Positions 9,297 through 19,924 are shown, counted from the stretch's first letter. The stretch is DNA of 64,000 bases from an uncultured Chloroflexia bacterium (GCA_963797095.1 CAWCNY010000002.1:1056001-1120000); one strand, 5' to 3'. The notes: generated by a model not told the origin, from the letters alone. Made by a program: numbers and translations.

Positions 9297-10694
9297 ATGG
9301 ACAGATTGATTATACAGAATGCCCGGTTGATCGACGGCACGGGCGCTGCCCCGCGTGAAGGGGCCACCGTAGTGGTGGAGGGCGGCAAGATAACCGATGT
9401 GCAATACGAGCGGTTTCCTGAAGAGTTCGACCGTGCCATATTCGAGAAGCTGGAGGCTCGCGAGCAAGAGATAGTGAGGAAGCGGTACGGGCTGGAAGGG
9501 GAGCGCACCCGCAGCAAGCAGGAACTGGCTAAAGAGATTGGAATGGATCCGGACAAGCTCCGCAAGGCCGAAGCGCGTATATTGCGCAAGCTCAGGAGGC
9601 ATGGGGAGGACACACCGGAACCTGAGCCTGCCGAGAAGGGCGCGCACGTCATGGACCTGCAAGGAGCAACTCTTATGCCAGGGTTGATCAACGCTCACTG
9701 CCACGTGATGATGGACGCAGGCCCGGACCCGATTGGAAGAACGGCAAGCACTAGCCTGGCGCATGTGCTCCTCGAAGCCGTTAAGCGGTGTGAGGCGATG
9801 CTGAGGGCCGGCATCACCACGGCCCGTGACCTCGGCGGTTACGAGTGGGGAGAGTTGGCTTTGCGTGATGCGATTGCTTCGGGAGATTTGAAGGGGCCGC
9901 GCCTGGTGTGTGCAGGCAAGATCATCACGATGACAGGCGGGCACGGTTGGCCCATCGGGTTAGAGAGCGATGGGCCTGACGAAGTGCGCAAGTCGGCTCG
10001 CCTGAATTTGAAGAAAGGGGCCGATTGTCTGAAGTTCATGGCTACGGGCGGCGTGCTGACGCCGGGGGTAGAGCCGGGCGCGGCCCAACTTTCGGAGGCT
10101 GAGATGCGGGCGGGGATAGAGGAGGCACACAACGTTGGCAAGCACACTGCCAGCCACGCTCAGGGCACAGGCGGCATCAAGAACGCGTTGAGGGCGGGCA
10201 TCGACACGATAGAGCACGGGATCTTCCTGGACGAGGAGTGCATCGAGTTGATGGTGAAGCAGGGCACCGTGTTCGTGCCGACGCTCGCCGCGCCCTTCAG
10301 GATAGTGGAGGCGGGCGAAGCGAAGGGGATACCCGACTACGCGCTCAGGAAGTCTCTGGCCGTGATGGACTCGCACTTCAAGTCATTCGAGTGGGCGGCG
10401 CAAGCGGGAGTTACTATCGCTGCAGGCAACGACGGTGGCACGCCCTTCAACCCATCGGAGGACCTTGTGACCGAGGTGTGGCTGATGGTGGAGCATGGCC
10501 TGAGCGCGCTTGCCGCCATCCGGGCCGCCACCTATGGCTCGGCGCGCGCCATGGGGTTGTCGGAGGAGGTGGGCACTGTCCAGAAGGGGATGTGGGCCGA
10601 CCTGCTGATCCTGGAAAAGGGCGCGGACCCCCTGGACGATGTGAACGCGCTGGGGAAGGTGGCGACCGTGATCAAGCATGGGGTGGTAGTGTAG
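9297..10694 (+). CDS. Metal-dependent amidohydrolase (prolidase/imidazolonepropionase-like) with an inserted sigma-70 region-4-like segment
   Basis: GGAGG RBS before ATG 9297; PGLINAHCH, GITTARDLGG, KFMATGG, ASHAQG, TIEHG, AGNDGG, G.I/V..G..ADL motifs. Confidence 0.88.
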   Translation: MDRLIIQNARLIDGTGAAPREGATVVVEGGKITDVQYERFPEEFDRAIFEKLEAREQEIVRKRYGLEGERTRSKQELAKEIGMDPDKLRKAEARILRKLRRHGEDTPEPEPAEKGAHVMDLQGATLMPGLINAHCHVMMDAGPDPIGRTASTSLAHVLLEAVKRCEAMLRAGITTARDLGGYEWGELALRDAIASGDLKGPRLVCAGKIITMTGGHGWPIGLESDGPDEVRKSARLNLKKGADCLKFMATGGVLTPGVEPGAAQLSEAEMRAGIEEAHNVGKHTASHAQGTGGIKNALRAGIDTIEHGIFLDEECIELMVKQGTVFVPTLAAPFRIVEAGEAKGIPDYALRKSLAVMDSHFKSFEWAAQAGVTIAAGNDGGTPFNPSEDLVTEVWLMVEHGLSALAAIRAATYGSARAMGLSEEVGTVQKGMWADLLILEKGADPLDDVNALGKVATVIKHGVVV

Positions 10695-10732
10695 AATTGG
10701 GGGCAAAACATTTATTCACAGGAGAAGATAGA

Positions 10733-11272
10733 ATGTCCAACGGTGAAACTGAAGTACCGGATAGTATTGAAGAGGCCGAGCAGCCGGAATTGATCACGGC
10801 CACCTACCCTGACGAAGCATCCGCAAAATCGGGTTTCGGGGCGCTCAGGGACGCGCAAAAGGCGGAGGCGGTGTGGCTGAAGGATGTGGCGCTGGTGGTG
10901 CGCGACGCCGACAACACCCTGCACCTGAAAGAGACGGAAGATATGGCCGCTCCCGAAGGGGCGCTCTATGGCGGCACGATAGGTGCCGTACTGGGCATGA
11001 TCGCCGGGCCGCTTGGTCTGGTGCTGGGGGGTGCGCTCGGCGCGCTGGTCGGAGGGGCCGCGGCCCAGGCCAGGGACGCCGACATCGAGGACGATTGGCT
11101 GCGAGAACTGGGAGAGTCGCTGCCGCCGGGCGCGGGTATGGTGGTAGCGATCACTACCGGCATGTGGGTGCCCCAGGTTGAGGCCACGCTGACCGCGTCG
11201 GGCGGCAAGGTGCTAACCCGAACTATCGATGCTGCATTGGCTGAGCAGCTAGGGTTGGACGAGGGGGGATAG
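10733..11272 (+). CDS. DUF1269-like membrane protein with glycine zipper
   Basis: AGGAG RBS; DVALVVRDAD, GALYGGTIGAVLGMIAGPLG, DIEDDWLRELGESLPPG. Confidence 0.75.
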   Translation: MSNGETEVPDSIEEAEQPELITATYPDEASAKSGFGALRDAQKAEAVWLKDVALVVRDADNTLHLKETEDMAAPEGALYGGTIGAVLGMIAGPLGLVLGGALGALVGGAAAQARDADIEDDWLRELGESLPPGAGMVVAITTGMWVPQVEATLTASGGKVLTRTIDAALAEQLGLDEGG

Positions 11273-11429
11273 TATATAGTTTTGTGTGAATTAGCGAAAT
11301 AGGCGAAAGCTGGATAATGCAAGGCTCGCGAATCGATCGACGGGCCTTTTCTTTGTTGGACTATACCTCAAGTATACATTCGCGTCCATGCCATGTATAA
11401 TAGCACTATCATCCCGCCAGGAGGGTTAC

Positions 11430-12818
11430 GTGCTACTACGGTATTGGCGTATGCTCGTTCCTTTCGGGGCCATTCTCGTGGCCTTAGTTCTTGGCGGATG
11501 TGATGCAGCTAACGTCCCCGCCAATCTTACCCCTGAACCGAGCATCGTTGACACCATTCCTCGCTTCCCTACAATTGCTCCTACAATTGCTCCTACCTTC
11601 ACACCTCTCCCAACGCCTTTTCCTACTCCTGTGATTGGCCCCAGCACTTTCACAGGCACATTCATTCGGATGAACGCCCTACATATATTGACTTCCTGAG
11701 CTTAGCACAGAGCGGTGTTGAGGTGGCTGGTTATCTGATCGTCGTTACACCAGACGACAAACAGAGTACAAAATCAACCACTGTTCGTCTAAGTGGTTCT
11801 GCTGATAATGATGTTGTCACACTCAATGACCCCTCTGCAAATCGCGTGTTCACACTTCGCAAGGGGGCTGGCTTTCTGACACTCTCCTACCCTTCCACGA
11901 ATGGCCTTGTTGGAAGGAGGGATATGAAAGCGACTTCCCAGGAAGAGTTCAATCAAACACTGGCTGCATGGCAAAATGACTTAGTGCGGCAAGCACAACG
12001 AGCGTATCTCGGCGTAGTTACGGTACCGTTGACCGAAGACTTAGCCAAACAATACAACGTCAAGGATGAGGCCGGCGGGTTGACAGTCTTTGGCCTACTA
12101 GTGACACAGGTTGGGGAGGATAGCCCGGCAGAGTGGGCAGGTGTGCAAATAGGAGATGCGATACTTACAATTGGCAATTCTGATGCCGGGCGACTCGCGC
12201 CAGATGAAGGCTTACCAATCGCTGCGGTGCCGGACAATTTTAGACCCAATGATAGTGTCACGCTCGGCATCTCCCGTGATGGCAAGTGGATAGAGATACA
12301 AGTAACGCTTGGAGTTAGACCAGATGTGTTCCCAGCACCAATCCCAACTCCTTCGGTAACCCCCACACCGATTACATGGTTACAAGTTGGAGAAACAGGC
12401 AACCTGATTGGTTGGCAAGTAAGGGTGAATGATGTACGCCATTACTTCCCAGGTGATGCTTATGGGGCCACACGCGAGGAAAGGGAGTGGGCATATATGG
12501 TCGTCAGTATGACGGTTCAAAATGCCAGTGACCAGAACACGCCTTCTCTCTCCACTGTCTCAACTGACATTGCTTCAAGATGGAGAGCCAGCGTCGTGGC
12601 AGGATTACAATCTTGAGTTGGACTATCAGCCTGATAAATCTTTACGAGATGAGGGAACATTATTCGATTTTGATTGGCCCACTGATGGGATGCCTCCGGG
12701 CGGCAGTGCCAGTGGCAACTTAGTGTATAAGGTGCGGAGAGATGCGAATGGATTTGGAATGAAGTTTGGGGACCCTGAATGGACAGATAGTATGTTGTGG
12801 TTCGTACTGGACAAGTAA
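11430..12818 (+). pseudogene. Lipoprotein with PDZ and DUF4352-like Ig domain, interrupted by two apparent frameshifts
   Basis: GGAGGG RBS plus GTG 11430; lipobox LGGC; frames join near 11668 and near 12540; PDZ (YLGV, SPAEWAGVQIGDAI); C-terminal VGETG..V.V.NAS..PPGGSASGNLVY. Visibly lower GC than the flanks. Confidence 0.65.
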
Positions 12819-12951
12819 CAGTTCATTGCAGCCCATTGAATGGGAACTTACAAGAAGGACAAGTAATGAATATCACTTGACTTGGGATCAGCTCGTAAAG
12901 GGCAGATAGCTTGATATCGGATAGTGCGATTAGTTGCCTCTTATTAGCTCC

Positions 12952-13812
12952 TTACCTCTTCGGCTTGAAAGCGGTCTGCAACAGCGAGGGGTCGAAGAAC
13001 TGGCCCGCCTGCCCCGTGTTGGCGTAGTTGTACAGGGCTGCCTGGAATACGCCGTTGAGCGCCGAGCTAAATACGCCGACCAACGCGGCGATCAGGATCG
13101 CTATCACTATCGCCGTCAGCATGAGCGCCACCGAGCCGCTTGCGATGCCGAGCCACAGGAGCGGGCCGCCGATCACAACGATTGCCAAGAACGCGAGAAG
13201 TCCAAACACCACCCCTATGCCCCCGTTGGCTACGATCTGCTCGCCCCAGGTCCTTTTGAGGAGCGCGCCCGACCGCTTGATGGCGTCAATTGGGCCCACA
13301 TCCTCGACCACCAGCACCGGCACCACAAGGAAGGTAATCACGTTCCAGGCGAAGTTCAGGACACCCGCCAGGATGCTAGTGAGGAGGTTGTTGCGGTTGC
13401 GAAGCGTGCTCAGGAGCACGCCCACCGTGGCCGAGATGGCCGCGTAGCCGATGATATTGCCTATCTTGCTGTTGGCGACCTTCAAGCCATCGCTGATAGT
13501 GGGGTCGCCCCCGCGCAGGCGGATCATGGCCGCACCCACCAGCGCCACGTTCGAGTAGATCACCACGGTGTACATGACGAGATAGAACAAGAAGAGGGTG
13601 ATCAACCCCACCGCCGCGCCACCCGCTGATGTGGTGTTATCGGCGGTGTTCCCCAGTAGCCCGCTGAAAAAGAGCGGTATGCTGAACACCACCGTCACAA
13701 TAAACACCCCGATCATCGAAATGAACGGGAAAAGCAGCAACTCACGGTCCGACTTGAGCACGTTGAAACTTTGTTTGACCAATTCCCAGCTTCTTGAGAA
13801 TGTAGCGAACAT
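12952..13812 (-). CDS. DUF6159-like membrane protein
   Basis: MFATFSRSWELVKQSFNVLKSDRELLLFP, FLVVPVLVVE, AIKRSGALLKRTWGE; multiple TM helices. Confidence 0.8.
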   Translation of the reverse strand: MFATFSRSWELVKQSFNVLKSDRELLLFPFISMIGVFIVTVVFSIPLFFSGLLGNTADNTTSAGGAAVGLITLFLFYLVMYTVVIYSNVALVGAAMIRLRGGDPTISDGLKVANSKIGNIIGYAAISATVGVLLSTLRNRNNLLTSILAGVLNFAWNVITFLVVPVLVVEDVGPIDAIKRSGALLKRTWGEQIVANGGIGVVFGLLAFLAIVVIGGPLLWLGIASGSVALMLTAIVIAILIAALVGVFSSALNGVFQAALYNYANTGQAGQFFDPSLLQTAFKPKR

Positions 13813-13939
13813 ATAGATACGCCCCTTTCTATATGAGGTGTTGGCCCTATATTATCACCTCTGTCAATATCTACGCAGAACGACAGAAAAAGTTGGTGTG
13901 CTTATGTTTAGCAAAAGAGATGGCCCATCGCCTGAGAGG

Positions 13940-16435
13940 CTACGCCATGCCGTGCTCGATAGCGTAGCGCGTGGCGGCAGCACGCGACGAAACGTTCAAT
14001 TTTCTGTAGATGGTACGGAGATGGGCATTTATCGTATAGAGACTGAGAAAGAGGCGCTCGGCCAGTTCTGCGTTTGACAGGCCATGGGCGAGTAGCGCAA
14101 GCACCTCAACTTCGCGAGCAGAAAGGCCAGGGTCTTCCTGGGCTTGCGGGCGCGCTGTGCCGATACCGCTTGCGGGGCCGGGTGCGGCTGCCCTCTCTGC
14201 CTGGCTGGGCGTATCCTTGCGCGAGATCGCTTCGGTCGGGGTGAGTCTCAGGCCTTCGGCCCAGGTCGTATCGAACTGCGCGACACCCAATACCTGGCGG
14301 CTGGTCTCCAGGCATGAGACATAGGTGGTTTGGTCGAATCGGTCCAGGCGGTCGGTCAGGTCGTCGTAGATAGCGTTGGCGGTAGCCAGCAAGAGGGTGG
14401 CGCGCCTGGGGTCACTGTGTGCGCACGCAATTTCGGCCAGCGAGATCAGGCCATAGGCTATATTCCACTGGTCGCCAAGCCTGAGGTTCATATCGAGGGC
14501 CTGGAGTGCGTATTCTTCAGCGATGCCTAAATCGCCCCTGTGTAAATGGGCGCGTCCCAGGCTGTCGAGCGAAAGCGATAAGCGTGTTTGGTCTCCCAGA
14601 TCGCGGTAAATTCGCACGCTTTGTTCCAGATAGCCTATCGCGGAGGGATCTCTTGCATTCATCATCACCAGGCCGATGTTGTTGAGCGCACCCGCAATAC
14701 CGGGCTTGTAATTGATGCCACTCCATATCTGGAGGCATTCACGATAGGCGTTCAGTGCGCCCTCATCGTCACCGAAATCGCGCAGATTGTTGCCCAGGCC
14801 CAGCAGGGCCGTGGTGGTGCCCATCAGGTCGTTGCGCTCACGCGCTATATCAAGCGCCTCCTGGTAGTAGACACGTGCCTGCTCGATGCGGGTCATATAC
14901 GTTGCTATTCTGGCGGCCGCGCGCAATGCCTGCGCACGCTCTTCAGTGCGTATAGAGGTGGTATGGTTGAGAAATGCTTCCAGCCATTCGCTACCTTCAT
15001 GCAAGTGGCTCCGCGAATGCCAGAAGCGCGCCAGGTGCCCCGTGATGACGAGGCCCATGCCAAGCCGTTCGGATGTGTCCACGTCAGCCGGTTCCGAAAG
15101 GCACCAGCCGAGAACCACCCGTATATTGGCGATTTCCCGCTCAAGCCTGTCGAGCCAGAGTGGTTGATCCCGTCCGAAAAGTTCTGCGCCCGCTTCTTCG
15201 GCCAACTTTGTGATATAGCGAGCAAGCGACGCAAGAGCCGGGGCTTCCTCACCTTTTGCCTGCAATTGCTCATACGCGTACTCGCGTAGCGTCTCCAGCA
15301 TGGCTATGCGAAGCTCCTCTTCGTCCTCGTCATTCTCTACGACCTTCAAGAGGCTCTTGTTGGCAAGCGAGGTGACGGGATTGAGGAGATCAGGCTCCAG
15401 GTGAACATCTCGTAACTCAGGGGGGAGGCTTTCGGCCATACCCGCACAAACCGCTTCGGCGGCTTCCAGGGTACAGCCTCCTGAAAAGACGGACAGGAGC
15501 CGGAAGATACGTTGCTCCGTGTTTGTGAGCAGATCGTAGCTCCAATTGATGGCGTTGTGGAGGGTTTGCTGGCGGGGAGGCAGGTCCTGCGCTCCCCCGG
15601 TCAGGACTTGCAGGCGCTTTTGCAGCCGGGCAAGCAAGGCCCTGGGCGAGAGAAACTTGATGCGCGCCGCCGCAAGCTCCAGCGCCAGAGGCAGGCCATC
15701 GAGGCGGGCGCATATGTCGGCAATGATCTGGGCGTTGTCACTGTCAATAGCGAAGTCGGGCTTGACCGAGCGGGCGCGCTGCATGAATAGCTGGACCGCA
15801 GGGCTGCTCTCTATCGGTTCAAGGTCTGGTCCATCCTTCCGTTTGCCGCCGGCCTGGGGTAGGGGCAACGGCTCTACTTCCATCTCATGCTCGCCGCGCA
15901 GGTTCAGAATCGCACGACTTGTCACCAGCAGCTTCAAGTGTGGGCACGCGGCCATCAACTCGGCTAGTATAGGAGCCGCAGCTGTTAGCTGCTCGAAATT
16001 ATCGAGCACAAGGAGCGCGCCCATATCCTTCATGTAGCCGATCAGGGTTGGAAGGATCGTTTCGTCGGGGAGGGTGTATAGCTCAAGAGATTGCGAGATG
16101 GCCGAGAGGAGCAGCCCGGCATCCGTGATATCTTGCAACGGGACGAAGAAGACTCCGTCGGGGAAGCTTTCCATAAGGTCGGCAGCGATAGCCAGGGCAA
16201 GGCGGGTTTTGCCCACGCCGCCCGGCCCATGGAGGGTGAGCAAGCGAATGTCGGGCTCGAGCAAAAGGTCTGCTGCACGAACGCACTCGCTATCGCGACC
16301 TATGAGAGGCGTTGGCGGGGTGGGGAGATTGTCCCCAGGTGCCGGAGGGTGGGTTCTCTCGCGCCAGAGTGTGCCTTTCAGAGTTGAAGGTCGTAGAGGC
16401 ATTATCGATTGGATTGATGACAGTGATGATTGCAC
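13940..16435 (-). CDS. STAND/NB-ARC ATPase-TPR-LuxR HTH transcriptional regulator
   Basis: Walker [39 protein letters not shown]-like helices, C-terminal [28 protein letters not shown]. Start uncertain. Confidence 0.9.
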   Translation of the reverse strand: MQSSLSSIQSIMPLRPSTLKGTLWRERTHPPAPGDNLPTPPTPLIGRDSECVRAADLLLEPDIRLLTLHGPGGVGKTRLALAIAADLMESFPDGVFFVPLQDITDAGLLLSAISQSLELYTLPDETILPTLIGYMKDMGALLVLDNFEQLTAAAPILAELMAACPHLKLLVTSRAILNLRGEHEMEVEPLPLPQAGGKRKDGPDLEPIESSPAVQLFMQRARSVKPDFAIDSDNAQIIADICARLDGLPLALELAAARIKFLSPRALLARLQKRLQVLTGGAQDLPPRQQTLHNAINWSYDLLTNTEQRIFRLLSVFSGGCTLEAAEAVCAGMAESLPPELRDVHLEPDLLNPVTSLANKSLLKVVENDEDEEELRIAMLETLREYAYEQLQAKGEEAPALASLARYITKLAEEAGAELFGRDQPLWLDRLEREIANIRVVLGWCLSEPADVDTSERLGMGLVITGHLARFWHSRSHLHEGSEWLEAFLNHTTSIRTEERAQALRAAARIATYMTRIEQARVYYQEALDIARERNDLMGTTTALLGLGNNLRDFGDDEGALNAYRECLQIWSGINYKPGIAGALNNIGLVMMNARDPSAIGYLEQSVRIYRDLGDQTRLSLSLDSLGRAHLHRGDLGIAEEYALQALDMNLRLGDQWNIAYGLISLAEIACAHSDPRRATLLLATANAIYDDLTDRLDRFDQTTYVSCLETSRQVLGVAQFDTTWAEGLRLTPTEAISRKDTPSQAERAAAPGPASGIGTARPQAQEDPGLSAREVEVLALLAHGLSNAELAERLFLSLYTINAHLRTIYRKLNVSSRAAATRYAIEHGMA

Positions 16436-16519
16436 AGCCGGATCACGCTTTTATTAGGGATCGTAGCGTTCGTAGTCAGATTATAGCGCATAGGCCCGGT
16501 ATTGTACACATGATCTTGT

Positions 16520-16548
16520 TTGACGGCTATGCGCCTATGCCGTATAAT
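16520..16548 (+). promoter_or_regulatory. Sigma-70-type promoter of the rpsP operon
   Basis: TTGACG (16520-25), 17 bp, TATAAT (16543-48). Confidence 0.75.
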
Positions 16549-16629
16549 GTTAGGCAGGCTTAATTACAGGCTTATATTGCAGAGGCCGGTTGTGGTCTTT
16601 ATGTTTTAGAGGAGTAGAAGAAACATACA

Positions 16630-17082
16630 ATGCTGAAGATTCGACTGCGCCGCATGGGCGCCATCAGACAGCCTCACTACCGCATCGTGGTAGCTGATGC
16701 CCGCGCTCCGCGCGACGGCGCTTTCATTGAGACGCTTGGGCACTATAATCCCCTCACCAATCCCGCCACTATACAGGTGGATGTTGCCAAGTATGAGGAG
16801 TGGAAGCGCAAAGGCGCACAGCCTACCAACGCTGTTGCCAGCCTTGTCAAACAGTTCAACAGGGCAAATGTCGCCACCGAAGGCGTGCCTGCTGTCGACC
16901 GCCGCACCCGCACCGCGTCGGGTAAGCGCGCCGAAGCTGCTCCCGCTCCCGTGGCCGCTACCACTACCATGGAGGCGGTTGCTCCTGAGGAAGCCGCACC
17001 GGCAGCCGCAGAAGAGGCGGAGGCCGCTCCGGTTGTTGAAGAAGCCGAGGCTCCCGCCCAGGAAGCTGAGGAGAACGCGTAG
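16630..17082 (+). CDS. rpsP: 30S ribosomal protein S16 with long Ala/Glu-rich C-terminal tail
   Basis: MLKIRLRRMG...YRIVVADARAPRDGAFIETLGHYNP...GAQPT. Confidence 0.97.
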   Translation: MLKIRLRRMGAIRQPHYRIVVADARAPRDGAFIETLGHYNPLTNPATIQVDVAKYEEWKRKGAQPTNAVASLVKQFNRANVATEGVPAVDRRTRTASGKRAEAAPAPVAATTTMEAVAPEEAAPAAAEEAEAAPVVEEAEAPAQEAEENA

Positions 17083-17149
17083 TACGTGGGGTGAGCGCCC
17101 CCGAATGTCGGGTGGCGCACTTGCGTTTTACGTCCTTACGGATAGAGTG

Positions 17150-17377
17150 ATGAAAGACCTCGTTGAGTACCTTGCCAGGAACCTGGTTGATAAGCCGGAC
17201 GCTGTGCGCGTGCGCGAGCACCGCACTGATTACGTCGTCCGTATTGAACTGAGGGTTGACGCCGAGGACAAGGGCAAAGTGATCGGACGCGAAGGCAAGA
17301 TCGCCCGCGCTCTGCGTGCAGTAGTGAATGCTGCCGCCGCCCGCGAAGGCAAGCGCGGCGTCCTGGAGATCGAATAA
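17150..17377 (+). CDS. khpA: KH-domain RNA-binding protein KhpA
   Basis: MKDLVEYLARNLVDKPDAV...DKGKVIGREGKIARALR; conserved position between rpsP and rimM. Confidence 0.92.
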   Translation: MKDLVEYLARNLVDKPDAVRVREHRTDYVVRIELRVDAEDKGKVIGREGKIARALRAVVNAAAAREGKRGVLEIE

Positions 17378-17455
17378 AGTATTTGCGTATTGTGTATTGC
17401 TTACCACCACCTGACACGCAATACAAGTACGCAATACGCAATATTCTCCCCAGGC

Positions 17456-18067
17456 ATGACAAACCAGCCTGACACTCTCATCATCGGGCAGATAGTTGCA
17501 CCGTTCGGCATCAAGGGTGAGGTCAAGGTCAATATACTGACCGAATTTCCCGACCGCTTCAATAAGCTTGAAGCGGTCATTCTTGCGCCCACCGACGAAG
17601 GACGTGTGCCCGCCGTAGGCAGTCCCCAACCTGTCGAGAGGCCATCTGGCGAGCAACCTATCAGGTTTCGCCCACCCAGAGAACCCGCCTGGTTCGAGAT
17701 CGAGTCGGTGCGGGCACACAAGGGGCAGGCGTTGGTCAAGCTGGTAGGGGTAGACGATGCCAACAGCGCGGCGACTTTGCGCGGATACTGGATGATGATA
17801 CCTCTGGAGCAGGCGCGCAAACTGCCTCGCGGCGCGTATTATCTCTACCAGATCGAGGGGCTGGAAGTGTATACTACAGGCGGCGACCTGGTGGGCAAGA
17901 TCGCTGAAGTCCTCAGCATGGCGGCCAACGATGTGTACGTAGTGCGCGGCGAAGGCGTCACCGACCCGACCGGAGAGCTATTGGTCCCTGCCGTCAAGGG
18001 GATCGTGAAGAAGATCGACGTAGCAGGTGGGCGGATTGTGATCCTGCCGCCGTCCGAATGGGCGTAA
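17456..18067 (+). CDS. rimM: 16S rRNA processing protein RimM with Pro-rich internal insertion
   Basis: IGQIVAPFGIKGEVKV, YYLYQIEGLEVYT, ANDVYVV, LLVPAV; follows khpA. Confidence 0.93.
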   Translation: MTNQPDTLIIGQIVAPFGIKGEVKVNILTEFPDRFNKLEAVILAPTDEGRVPAVGSPQPVERPSGEQPIRFRPPREPAWFEIESVRAHKGQALVKLVGVDDANSAATLRGYWMMIPLEQARKLPRGAYYLYQIEGLEVYTTGGDLVGKIAEVLSMAANDVYVVRGEGVTDPTGELLVPAVKGIVKKIDVAGGRIVILPPSEWA

Positions 18068-18099
18068 AATTCCGGTATTGTGGAAGACGTGAGGGAGAG

Positions 18100-18240
18100 A
18101 TGGTATTTATAGTGGCACTGGTGCTTTTCATAGGGATAATGGGCTACCTCGACTCTCGCATTGGTTGGCCCAAGCCCACCGATAAGTCCACTCGTTACGT
18201 GTCGCTCAGCGAGCGAAGCAAGACTCTGAGGAGAGACTAA
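18100..18240 (+). CDS. Small single-TM protein (46 aa)
   Basis: GAGGGAG RBS, hydrophobic N-terminus, stop 4 nt before the next ATG. Confidence 0.5.
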   Translation: MVFIVALVLFIGIMGYLDSRIGWPKPTDKSTRYVSLSERSKTLRRD

Positions 18241-18244
18241 CGAT

Positions 18245-18859
18245 ATGTTAGCCGGACATTTCGGGCTGGCCGCTGCGGTCAAGTCACGCCAGCCCCAACT
18301 ACCTTTGTGGTCGCTTATGCTGGCGAGCCAGTTGATAGATGTCCTCTTTCTGGGTACATACGCACTCGGTATAGAGACCTATGCTCCTGTGCCGGGCACG
18401 TCGGGCGGTTACGGCAATCTGATCATCATCGCCGACTACACGCATTCACTTGCCGGATCGCTCATTTTGAGCGTGCTGGCCGCCATAGTTACCTGGATAT
18501 TCTGGGGCAGGCGCAACGGTATCATAATAGGCGCGATGGTCTTTTCGCACTGGGTACTCGACCTGCTGGTGCACCGGGGGGATATGGCGATATTGCCGGG
18601 CAACGCGGGCGATCTGCCTAGACTGGGATTTGGTTTGTGGCAGTGGCCCTGGGTGAGCGCCGCCATAGAGCTTGGCATCTGCCTGGCGGGCGCATATCTC
18701 TATTACCACGCCTCGGCACGCACGGCTATCCAGGCCGAGCGGAGGCGCGAAAAGGCAGGCGAGCCACCGGCAGGCTACCGCCAGAACGCACTGGTAGCCT
18801 CAATTGTGCTCACGGTGAGCTTGGTGGGCACCCTCGTGGGAGATGTGTTCCTCGGATAA
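18245..18859 (+). CDS. Membrane-bound metal-dependent hydrolase-like protein (YdjM-like)
   Basis: MLAGHFGLA, QLIDVL, YTHSL, FSHWVLDLLVH motifs; TM helices. Confidence 0.7.
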   Translation: MLAGHFGLAAAVKSRQPQLPLWSLMLASQLIDVLFLGTYALGIETYAPVPGTSGGYGNLIIIADYTHSLAGSLILSVLAAIVTWIFWGRRNGIIIGAMVFSHWVLDLLVHRGDMAILPGNAGDLPRLGFGLWQWPWVSAAIELGICLAGAYLYYHASARTAIQAERRREKAGEPPAGYRQNALVASIVLTVSLVGTLVGDVFLG

Positions 18860-18871
18860 TTATTCGTAATA

Positions 18872-19920
18872 TGCCGATATGCTAGATAGGGAAAGCAAGC
18901 TGCTTGAGGTGCAAGAAGTCTGCCTTACCCATGAGACGATTAATAAAGATGCACAGAGTGTGCGCAGCCAACTTGGAGTGCAGGCGAGCACACAATCCTG
19001 AGAAAGTGTAAGCGTGAGTGATTTCGATGTTGAACTGCTCGGTGAGTTGACCATTCACAGTCTCCACAATCTGGCGGGCACTGTTGATCAAGCTGCTGAC
19101 CAGTTGCTGCACGAACACAGGCATTTGGCTGATAGGGTGACGCTTCTGGTTGCGGCGAGGCAGTGTTATGAGGTTGATGTCATTGTGAAGGCGCAACTGC
19201 TCAGCCTGGTAAGTGTCAATGAAGCCTTTGTCAGCCACAGCATCCAAATGGGAGTGCCCACTCAGCAGGGAAGCCCCCGCTTCTTGGTCGGAGATGTTGG
19301 CTCCAACCAACTCGAAGTCCAAGATGGCCCCACCCAACGTGATGAGCAGATGCAGTTTGTAGCCGAAGATGGTCTTCTTCTTGGTGCAAACTCTCCCAAA
19401 AGCCGCTCCACTTCCGAGCCAATCCCCTCGTCGGCCAGAGCTAGGCACCAGGTGAAAGCCAATCACCTCTACTGGCAGAGCGTCAAGGGCACACTGACGG
19501 TCTTGGGCGATGTCGAGGCGGGTAAGAGCGATGCGCCTGATCATGTTGAAAGCCTGCGCCAGATTACACCTTCTTCTGTTGAGGCGGCTTTGAGAGGGTA
19601 TGTGAGAGAAGAGGTTGAGGTGGCGGTAGGAGGCCCAGTTGCTGAGCAGTTCGGTCTCTACGTCCCACCCTTTGCACTCACCGACCAGCACCATCGTGAT
19701 CAACTCGCTATCAGAGCACTCCGGTTGGGGACCAGGACGCTCAAACAGATGCTTCACCTGTTTCCAAAGGTCATCAACCGTGCAGTACATATACAAGCAG
19801 AAATCCTCAAAGTCGGTTATCATTGGGCTACCCTCCGATGTTTGGTATTTGGTCTTGATAACCGCTTACCTATCACATCGGAGGTTCCCTTGTCAAAGCT
19901 TTTCAACTAGCATATCGGCA
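18872..19920 (-). mobile_element. IS982-family insertion sequence (1049 bp)
   Basis: 14-bp perfect TIR TGCCGATATGCTAG (18872-85) / CTAGCATATCGGCA (19907-20); 5-bp direct repeat TAATA at 18867-71 and 19921-25. Confidence 0.88.
18882..19823 (-). CDS. IS982-family DDE transposase
   Basis: CSDSELIT, PSQSRLNRR, LDALPV, FGYKLHL, ADKGF, RQIVETVNGQL; stop lies inside the TIR. Confidence 0.9.
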   Translation of the reverse strand: MITDFEDFCLYMYCTVDDLWKQVKHLFERPGPQPECSDSELITMVLVGECKGWDVETELLSNWASYRHLNLFSHIPSQSRLNRRRCNLAQAFNMIRRIALTRLDIAQDRQCALDALPVEVIGFHLVPSSGRRGDWLGSGAAFGRVCTKKKTIFGYKLHLLITLGGAILDFELVGANISDQEAGASLLSGHSHLDAVADKGFIDTYQAEQLRLHNDINLITLPRRNQKRHPISQMPVFVQQLVSSLINSARQIVETVNGQLTEQFNIEITHAYTFSGLCARLHSKLAAHTLCIFINRLMGKADFLHLKQLAFPI

Positions 19921-19924
19921 TAAT

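Noticed and set aside
9186-9944. N-terminal 253 aa of the 691-aa minus-strand ORF
   Set aside because: Antisense shadow of the amidohydrolase; a good RBS and signal peptide place the start at 9185.
9297-10694. Amidohydrolase as a true sigma factor
   Set aside because: No region 2 or 3; only a region-4-like insert is present.
10238-10732. N-terminal extension of the DUF1269-like ORF (likewise those from 16697, 24870 and 45367)
   Set aside because: These overlap well-supported genes; internal starts fit better.
13940-16435. STAND ATPase as an Avs-type antiphage protein
   Set aside because: It has a C-terminal LuxR HTH and no effector domain, which fits an ordinary regulator architecture.
19014-19910. 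298-aa plus-strand ORF inside the IS982-like element
   Set aside because: Antisense to the transposase, with no recognisable motif.
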